DNA from: a virus
IMG/VR virus record: IMGVR_UViG_3300025237_000002
Span: 1 to 64,000 of that record
Strand: one strand, 5' to 3'
DNA: 64,000 nt
Part shown: piece after piece, positions 19,050-24,860 of the stretch
Layout: every line of letters starts with the position of its first letter
Position numbering within the stretch: position 1 is the first letter of the stretch
The notes under the pieces: model-generated
What the model saw: the letters and a program-made list of their open reading frames with translations, nothing else
Database searches by the model: none
What the model was told of the DNA's origin: nothing
Position numbers and translations under genes: made by a program

Positions 19050-19932
19050 AAATAATGGGGTGCTTATACTCCTTCCTCTTCGGGGGATAAGATAAACCTA
19101 GTAATAGGGATAAAGCGATGTATTCAAAGTGCATTGCGTTGAGAAGACTTCTTCGGGAGTTTTAACAATCTATGTAAGCAATTAATCACGAACCATACAT
19201 CGAGGGGCTACTGTCATAGATGAATTGAGTTCACCTCCTAGCTTCGGGGGGTTGAGTTAGAAATAGCAAAAGATGATTAATTAGTTTTTGGTTGAAACAT
19301 GTAAAAAGTGGATAGGCTGAATTCATCATAATTTGTTATGGAATGTTACCTTGAAATGCGGCACCTAACAGAGTCGTAGATTGATAGGAGATGAACCTTC
19401 GGGTGATTCTTTAAATGTAAATCTAATTAATGAAGAAATGACGTGACTGTAAAAAGTTGCAACGGGATGTTGATAGCTAAAGTGCTCAAAAGGCAACACG
19501 CTAGTCAATCGCAAGACACATCCTGTAAGAGAGAGCATCGCTATACAACTAAGGTTAATAGCCTTAATTTTTAATTTGATAAAAATTGTAAAGAGAAAGT
19601 TCTTGTGGACATGGATAAAAAATTAAGTTATTCTACTGAAAAATGTAGATGATGGAGGCTCTCAAGGCTGAAGTTAAAACGAGAGAAGTATCGTTAGTAA
19701 GAGGTGGGAACCTTTGCATCCCTTCCAAGGGAACTAGGTAATGAAAGTTGTTTATATCAATTCATGGTGAGAAAGGTGAAAGCCTAATCGTTCTCTTCGG
19801 AGAATAAAAGAGTTTGCAGTTGCTAATTTAAAACTGTCTTAGTGATACCTACGGACACGAAAGTGAAAGTGTGTGATATAGGGAAACCGAAAACGAAAGG
19901 TATTATAAACGCCCAAACACTCAAGCGTTTAA
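19050..19932 (+). ncRNA. Giant structured non-coding RNA (~880 nt; GOLLD/ROOL-class candidate or new class)
   Basis: No ORF of 60 aa or more; five CTTCGG motifs and many GNRA-capped stems; strong promoter and boxA-like site upstream; tRNA-like gene directly downstream. Confidence 0.75.
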
Positions 19933-19934
19933 TC

Positions 19935-20009
19935 GGGGATGTAGCTTAATAGAGAGCGGCTTGGTTTCAAATCCAAGAGGATGTAGTATCGATTCTACCA
20001 TCCCCACCA
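19935..20009 (+). tRNA. Aberrant tRNA-like RNA (8-nt anticodon loop TTTCAAAT, encoded CCA)
   Basis: GGGGATG/CATCCCC-ACCA; D-loop lacks GG; T-arm GTAG-TATCGATT-CTAC. Confidence 0.6.
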
Positions 20010-20059
20010 ATAGACTTGATAAAGCCTCTTCCTTATTGGAACGTAATTAAGTATAGTAT

Positions 20060-20129
20060 GGGTATACAATTAAGGTTCTCACCAACCTTTAAGGTTGTAT
20101 CATAGGTTCAAATCCTTCTATACCCACTA
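20060..20129 (+). tRNA. tRNA-like RNA (acceptor plus T-arm, no canonical D-arm)
   Basis: GGGTATA/TATACCC-ACTA; AGG-TTCAAAT-CCT; 3' end shared with 23870-24061. Confidence 0.45.
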
Positions 20130-20136
20130 AAATTAA

Positions 20137-20205
20137 AGAGGTCTCGTCTAATTAAAGATGGTCAGCGTAAGTTGACAGATGTGGTTGGAAACACCATAGT
20201 CTCTA
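20137..20205 (+). tRNA. tRNA-like RNA with a GTAA tetraloop in place of the anticodon loop
   Basis: D-arm GTCT-AATTAA-AGAT; GTCAGC-GTAA-GTTGAC; T-arm GTGGT-TGGAAAC-ACCAT. Confidence 0.45.
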
Positions 20206-20382
20206 AAGAAGTTTAGGTTCGGTAGTCCGATAGTGAAGTACAAACGATAGTTTAACGACAACCTTTATACTAAAATAGTTCTCATTGGCTATTCAATTCA
20301 ATGGGTATGACCCAACTTTAATGTTGGTTGATACTACAAGGGGAGTGTCGTAAAAACCTACAAGTTAGTCGTGTAGCGAAAA

Positions 20383-20454
20383 GGGAATGTCGTCTAATAG
20401 AAGGCAGCTGGCGTGAAGCTGGAAAATGTAGTATCAAATCTACCATTCCCACTA
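20383..20454 (+). tRNA. Aberrant tRNA-like RNA (5-nt GTGAA loop)
   Basis: GGGAATG/CATTCCC-ACTA; same D-loop AATAGA and T-arm type GTAG-TATCAAAT-CTAC as 19935. Confidence 0.55.
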
Positions 20455-20662
20455 AAGGATATGCACGAATGCAGTTAAGCGATACCTTTCAAATCGGAGG
20501 AACTGTACAAGGAGTAACTGAAATAGGTTTTCCAAAATAGATTTTTTGAGTAGTGGGTGTAAATACCGTATAAAGGTAAGCAACAAGAAAGAAAAAATAA
20601 TAGTAAATCCTAAGACTTGCGAAAGCTGGTTCAATAACAAATAGTTAGGTAATCTATTAAAT

Positions 20663-20743
20663 GGGGGTATAGCCCACACCTGTCGTGAAGATGGTGAAGT
20701 GGTAACTATGCTGAGAATGTAACTGTGAATGTTGCTACCTCCA
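20663..20743 (+). tRNA. tRNA-like RNA
   Basis: GGGGGTA/TACCTCC-A acceptor; GTAAC-TGTGAAT-GTTGC T-like arm. Confidence 0.35.
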
Positions 20744-20826
20744 CAAATTGAGTTTAGTTTTGCGGTTAAGTTCTCAATTAAATAAAAAACTGGTGGGGTG
20801 TTAAACCCCATCGTAAACGCCCAATT

Positions 20827-20902
20827 GACACTGGGATAGCTTAGTAAAGAGCAACCCGAAATTATAAGAGGTAGTGTGAGGTATTGAATCCTCAATCAGT
20901 GT
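20827..20902 (+). tRNA. tRNA-like RNA ending the first ncRNA operon
   Basis: ACACTGG/TCAGTGT; GCTT-AGTAAA-GAGC; TGAGG-TATTGAAT-CCTCA; T-run follows. Confidence 0.4.
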
Positions 20903-21008
20903 TTTTTAAAAATAAATGAAAATAAATTAGGATGTTTGAATACTTTTATGTATTTTTGCATACTTATTATAAACGCACTAAGTGCAAAACGATTAAAAAA
21001 TAGAAATT

Positions 21009-21110
21009 ATGACAACAGTAACGACATATACGAAACAGTATCAACCGAAGGGCGGGAAGCCACAAGGTCAACTGAGTATGCGTTGTTATAACGATGAAGA
21101 AGAAGGATAA
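21009..21110 (+). CDS. 33-aa attenuator leader peptide MTTVTTYTKQYQPKGGKPQGQLSMRCYNDEEEG
   Basis: A-rich start after the promoter element TATTTTTG (20951-20958); codons 2-21 are almost all Thr/Tyr/Lys/Gln/Pro/Gly. Confidence 0.8.
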   Translation: MTTVTTYTKQYQPKGGKPQGQLSMRCYNDEEEG

Positions 21111-21138
21111 GTTCTTAATCATAATAAACAATATAGCT

Positions 21139-21170
21139 AAACCCAGTTGAAATCTTCAACTGGGTTTTTT
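21139..21170 (+). terminator. Attenuator terminator upstream of the tRNA array
   Basis: 13-bp stem AAACCCAGTTGAA/TTCAACTGGGTTT with a T-run; the 5' arm can instead pair with TCAACTGAGT (21068-21077). Confidence 0.85.
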
Positions 21171-21235
21171 GCGTTCTATAGGTTTTTCATCACCTGATAA
21201 AAAAGATGAATCTTTGAAATATTGTATTTTTTTAT

Positions 21236-21308
21236 CGGGAAGTATATCAATTGGTAGATTACGTGCTTTGGGAGTACGAGGTTGGAGGTTCGAGTCCTCT
21301 CTTTCCGA
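21236..21308 (+). tRNA. tRNA-Pro(TGG)
   Basis: CGTGC-TTTGGGA-GTACG; canonical T-loop. Confidence 0.9.
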
Positions 21309-21368
21309 CTTAGGGAGACTGTTATTAATTCATAGGACCAATTGTGGTAATCATAGAATTAAATGTAT

Positions 21369-21444
21369 CGGGGTGTGGTGCAGTAGGCGATACACGCCTG
21401 TTTTGGAAACAGGAGGTTCGAGGGTTCGAATCCCTTTGCCCCGA
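21369..21444 (+). tRNA. tRNA-Pro(TGG)
   Basis: CCTGT-TTTGGAA-ACAGG; C1-G72, A73. Confidence 0.9.
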
Positions 21445-21450
21445 CAAAAA

Positions 21451-21600
21451 ATAAACTTGTAGTTTAAAATGGCAACAACAAGTATGTATGATAATTAGCT
21501 GAACAGGTACCGTCAGTGAAAGGTGTATAGAAAGGGGTTGCAGAATTAGAATGTGTGGTAGAGGACCGCAAGATGTGAGTTCAAATCTCACCAAAGTTAT
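21451..21600 (+). ncRNA. tRNA-like RNA with a large central insertion
   Basis: D-like arm, ~75-nt interior, T-arm GTGAG-TTCAAAT-CTCAC, imperfect acceptor. Confidence 0.4.
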
Positions 21601-21608
21601 TTTTATAT

Positions 21609-21703
21609 CTACCAATGCACGAGTCGGTTTAAGTGGCTGGGCTTGGACCCCAGTGACAGCTTCATGAGGTTGCTGTCCGTAGGTTCGAATCCTACTTGGT
21701 AGA
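21609..21703 (+). tRNA. tRNA-Pro(TGG) with a long variable arm
   Basis: CTGGG-CTTGGAC-CCCAG; variable arm GACAGC...GCTGTC. Confidence 0.8.
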
Positions 21704-21769
21704 CGAGTTGGAGACTGTTATTAATTCATAGGACTGTCAGATACAGTGTATAAGCATAGAATTAAATCT

Positions 21770-21843
21770 TGGGATATCGACTAGCGGTCCAAGTCATCTG
21801 GTTTTGAACCAGAAGAGCGAGGGTTCGAATCCCTCTATCCTAA
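21770..21843 (+). tRNA. tRNA-Gln(TTG)
   Basis: TCTGG-TTTTGAA-CCAGA. Confidence 0.9.
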
Positions 21844-21911
21844 CTACCAATATATTGTCTATTTAGTCGATATATTGGCAAAATAGATAACATATTGTCT
21901 ATTTTATTACT

Positions 21912-21996
21912 GGGGGTGCGCCAAAGTTGGAGAGTTGGGGCGGTCTGTAAAACCGTTGCGTAAGCTGAGTAGGTTCGATTCCTATCACCCCCACCA
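21912..21996 (+). tRNA. tRNA-Tyr(GTA)
   Basis: GCGGT-CTGTAAA-ACCGT, long variable arm, encoded CCA. Confidence 0.92.
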
Positions 21997-22006
21997 GTAT
22001 ATATAT

Positions 22007-22079
22007 TCCCTCGAAGCTCAAGTGGACGGGCACCCCGCTTTTAACGGGGAGATTGCGGGTTCGAAGCCCGCTGGGGGAA
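22007..22079 (+). tRNA. tRNA-Lys(TTT)
   Basis: CCCCG-CTTTTAA-CGGGG. Confidence 0.9.
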
Positions 22080-22124
22080 CTGAGAGAGTTATTACGTTCT
22101 CTTCGACAAGAAAAAACGTAATTT

Positions 22125-22206
22125 GGGAGTATTGAGCAACTGGTCGCTCAGCAGATTGTAAATCTGTCGCCTTCGGGCATTGTGGGTTCGAATCCCTCTA
22201 TTCCCA
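22125..22206 (+). tRNA. tRNA-Tyr(GTA)
   Basis: GCAGA-TTGTAAA-TCTGT; variable arm GCC-TTCG-GGC. Confidence 0.9.
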
Positions 22207-22208
22207 CT

Positions 22209-22276
22209 AGAGTTCGTCTAAGCTAAAAGGCATCGCCTGAACGGTGAAAATGTAGGAGAATACCCTATACTCTTAA
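22209..22276 (+). pseudogene. Degenerate tRNA (possibly Phe GAA)
   Basis: Cloverleaf with a non-canonical T-loop AGAATAC and a short acceptor. Confidence 0.35.
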
Positions 22277-22280
22277 CTAT

Positions 22281-22391
22281 GGCTATAGTACTACGGTGTA
22301 CCATTCGATGAATATATTGAGTTGAATGAGAGTGGATGTGTGAGTGTTACATCACATCTTCGGTTGGGTTCGAATCCCTAGGTAGCCACCA
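22281..22391 (+). ncRNA. Enlarged tRNA-like RNA with encoded CCA
   Basis: GGCTAT/GTAGCC-ACCA; GTAC-TACGGT-GTAC; long CATTC/GAATG and GATG/CATC arms; T-loop TTCGAAT. Confidence 0.55.
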
Positions 22392-22419
22392 GATGTATGT
22401 TTTTGTACATTAATAATAT

Positions 22420-22493
22420 ACCTTCGTAGCTCAACTGGCTAGAGCACCTGACTTTTAATCAGGGGGTTGGGGGTTCGAGTCCCTTCGGGGGTA
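22420..22493 (+). tRNA. tRNA-Lys(TTT)
   Basis: CCTGA-CTTTTAA-TCAGG. Confidence 0.93.
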
Positions 22494-22536
22494 CTGAGAG
22501 GGTTCTATGCTCCCTTAACACAGAAAAAGCATAACT

Positions 22537-22611
22537 GCTACCTTAGTATAAAGGCGATTACTCTGCATTTGTAACGCAGAAATCTCGGTTCGATTCCGTG
22601 AGGTAGCTCCA
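22537..22611 (+). tRNA. tRNA-Thr(TGT)
   Basis: CTGCA-TTTGTAA-CGCAG; encoded CCA. Confidence 0.85.
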
Positions 22612-22692
22612 AAACTACTAACTCATACCGAAAAGTATGTTAATTTGGATGATTATGTATACCACTAATCATCCAAGTGTTAGAACAAATAT

Positions 22693-22765
22693 TGCTCCAT
22701 GGTGTAATTGGTAACACGTCTGTTTTTGGTGCAGAAGAGTGTGGGTTCGAGACCCGCTGGAGTAA
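22693..22765 (+). tRNA. tRNA-Gln(TTG)
   Basis: TCTGT-TTTTGGT-GCAGA. Confidence 0.9.
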
Positions 22766-22772
22766 CAAATAT

Positions 22773-22846
22773 TGCCCTATGGTGTAATTGGTTAACATAC
22801 GAGATTTTGGCTCTCGTGAGTGTGGGTTCGAGTCCCACTAGGGCTT
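22773..22846 (+). tRNA. tRNA-Gln(TTG)
   Basis: CGAGA-TTTTGGC-TCTCG. Confidence 0.9.
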
Positions 22847-22888
22847 CAAAGGGAGATGTTCACCTAACATCTTTAAAAATAGGTTTAT

Positions 22889-22975
22889 CCCCTCATAGCT
22901 CAGTTGGTTTGGCGAAAGCCTTAGAGCATCCGTCTTTTAAACGGAGGGTCGTAGGTTCGAATCCTACTGGGGGGA
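22889..22975 (+). tRNA. tRNA-Lys(TTT) with a GGC-GAAA-GCC hairpin inserted in the D-loop
   Basis: TCCGT-CTTTTAA-ACGGA. Confidence 0.85.
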
Positions 22976-22982
22976 CAATAAA

Positions 22983-23053
22983 CGATGTGTGGTGTAATGT
23001 TAGCACGAGTTCCATTGGGGGACTTAGAAGAGGTTCAATTCCTTTCTCATCGA
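22983..23053 (+). tRNA. Degenerate tRNA, probably Pro(TGG)
   Basis: C1-G72, A73; irregular anticodon loop containing TTGG. Confidence 0.5.
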
Positions 23054-23058
23054 CAAAT

Positions 23059-23144
23059 GCGGTGTTAGTGTAATGGACAAATATTCTAGATGAAAACACG
23101 CAACCATTCAGGTTGAGATAGAGGTTCGATTCCTTTATGCCGCT
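23059..23144 (+). tRNA. Degenerate Gly-like tRNA (D-loop insertion, 5-nt loop ATTCA)
   Basis: GCGGTGT/ATGCCGC, U73, canonical T-arm. Confidence 0.45.
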
Positions 23145-23321
23145 CTAAAAATGATTGATATGAAAGAAATGAAATTTAGATATACTGGTGAATTATCTGA
23201 AGAAGCTAAGGTTAAATTAGATAAATTAAAGTTAAGAAAAGAAACAACATTGAAAAACCTACAAGATGATTATGACTCTGGTAAGTTTGACGATGAATTT
23301 AAAAACCTATAAAATTATGTT

Positions 23322-23513
23322 ATGGATATTGAGAATTATTCAATCGGAGATGTATTAAGGAACAAACAAGGAATTAATGGTAAGGTGATTGGAAAGACGA
23401 TAAATTCAATTAATTTATATCATACAGCTAGAAGTAGTAAAGGTATTAATTGTACTCAATGGTACACATTACAAGACATAATTAAAAATTTTAAACATGC
23501 CGTCATAGTTTAA
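23322..23513 (+). CDS. hypothetical protein inside the tRNA array
   Basis: 63-aa ORF whose 3' end overlaps the tRNA-Thr 5' end. Confidence 0.5.
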   Translation: MDIENYSIGDVLRNKQGINGKVIGKTINSINLYHTARSSKGINCTQWYTLQDIIKNFKHAVIV

Positions 23514-23574
23514 GTGGTTAGAATCCTAGTGTGGTATATTAGGGGTGTCGCTTCGATTGCGATTGATGGCTCCA
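23499..23574 (+). tRNA. tRNA-Thr(GGT)
   Basis: CTAGT-GTGGTAT-ATTAG; encoded CCA. Confidence 0.8.
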
Positions 23575-23620
23575 CGACCAGCTGATAGTCTGGGATAACA
23601 ATAAATTAAAACTATCAAAA

Positions 23621-23694
23621 GCGAGTAACGCATAAGTGGTGGTGCGCCAGCCTTCCAAGCTGGAATAGAGTCGGTTCGATACCGTCTACTCGCT
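23621..23694 (+). tRNA. tRNA-Gly(TCC)
   Basis: CCAGC-CTTCCAA-GCTGG; U73. Confidence 0.9.
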
Positions 23695-23789
23695 CAAAAA
23701 AGGGGTGCTTTAATATAACCAATGACAATAGCGTTATAAATTGCTGAACTTTCTACCAAATTGATTTTTGTCGATGATATAAGGTAGTT

Positions 23790-23862
23790 GTCCTATTAGT
23801 TTAACTGGATAAAACTGGGGGTGCTAAACCCTCGGATGTGGGTTCGAATCCCATATAGGAAA
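23790..23862 (+). tRNA. tRNA with CTA at the anticodon position (amber-suppressor-like, G33)
   Basis: GGGGG-TGCTAAA-CCCTC; canonical D- and T-arms; 1-72 mismatch. Confidence 0.65.
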
Positions 23863-23869
23863 CAATTAA

Positions 23870-24061
23870 GGGTATACTTTTGGTGTGATGAACCGACCCT
23901 CCGAGAATGGAGGTGCTTTAACTAGCTAAGTATTGAAAACGTTGAGAACATAAACTAAAGTATAGATGTACGAATACTGGGTCTGAATTATGTTAGTAGG
24001 CAAGTAAGTGGATACACGACTTCCAATCGGTATCTAGGTTTGAAACCTTCTATACCCACTA
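23870..24061 (+). ncRNA. ~190-nt RNA closed by a tRNA-like acceptor and T-arm
   Basis: GGGTATA...TATACCC-ACTA; 3' part resembles a Gly(TCC) D/anticodon/T region. Confidence 0.45.
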
Positions 24062-24118
24062 AAAACTATTTACTTATATTTAATTTTTTAGTATATTTGT
24101 TTATAAAAATTAAATATT

Positions 24119-24418
24119 ATGTATGATGAAAAAGTAAGTATGGGAAATAACCCTATGACAGTTAAAAAGTTGTCAGAATTAGAAAATATAATTTCTAACT
24201 TTAAAGTAGAATTAAGTAAATTAAGTGAAAATAATTATGAATTACTTAATAAGGTAGATAAAATGGTTGGTTGCGAACTACAAGATGATTGTGCAGAAAA
24301 ATCAAGTCCAACGGATGAAAATATTGTTGATGTCCTCAACGAATGTATCCGTGAATTAGGTTATAAAAATAATAATTTTAGAGAGCAATTAAGTAGATTA
24401 GGTGGTATTGTTGGATAA
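24119..24418 (+). CDS. hypothetical coiled-coil protein
   Basis: 99-aa ORF after a promoter motif. Confidence 0.6.
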   Translation: MYDEKVSMGNNPMTVKKLSELENIISNFKVELSKLSENNYELLNKVDKMVGCELQDDCAEKSSPTDENIVDVLNECIRELGYKNNNFREQLSRLGGIVG

Positions 24419-24479
24419 CCATTAAGAATGATTACTGGAGTAGAGTACCTTAATGGTCAGGTTGATAACCTCTACAAAT

Positions 24480-24551
24480 GCGGGAATAGCTCAACGGTAG
24501 AGCGTTAGATTACCAATTTAAAGGTTGTGGGTTCGAATCCCATTTCCCGCC
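24480..24551 (+). tRNA. tRNA-Gly(ACC)
   Basis: Gly-type body GCGGGAA/TTCCCGC; TTAGA-TTACCAA-TTTAA. Confidence 0.85.
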
Positions 24552-24560
24552 CAATACAAT

Positions 24561-24646
24561 GCAGTAGTCGCATAGAGGTCGATTGCCCCAGATTTCCAAT
24601 CTGGTAAGATAATATCACATCGCTGGTTCGAATCCAGTCTACTGCT
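24561..24646 (+). tRNA. tRNA-Gly(TCC) with a long variable arm
   Basis: CCAGA-TTTCCAA-TCTGG; ~17-nt variable region. Confidence 0.85.
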
Positions 24647-24709
24647 CAACACGAGTTTCATCTGAAACATGTATTTTAAACATGGTTTCAGACATAACTC
24701 AAACATTAT

Positions 24710-24793
24710 GCCTACGTCCCATAGAGGTCGATTGGACTAGATTTGTAATCTAGAATGGAAACATCATCGTGGGTTCGAATCCCTCCGTAGGCT
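24710..24793 (+). tRNA. tRNA-Thr(TGT) with a long variable arm
   Basis: CTAGA-TTTGTAA-TCTAG; variable arm ATG-GAAA-CAT. Confidence 0.85.
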
Positions 24794-24860
24794 CATAAAA
24801 AATACAATTTTCTTGTGTAATCCAATTTTTTTCATTATCTTTGTAATCTAAATACAAACT

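Noticed and set aside
19050-19932. rRNA fragment, tmRNA or group I/II intron
   Set aside because: I found no universal rRNA motifs, no tmRNA Ala-type ends with a tag frame, no interrupted host gene and no recognisable intron core; a covariance search is still needed
22082-22884. Calling the spacer pseudoknots true preQ1 riboswitches
   Set aside because: The ligand-pairing C is absent and there is no downstream queuosine gene or expression platform; kept only as preQ1-like folds
20328-23099. ORFs 20328, 20452, 21169, 21325, 21935, 22708 and 22893 from the track
   Set aside because: They overlap tRNA or structured RNA genes and have atypical composition, so they are shadow ORFs
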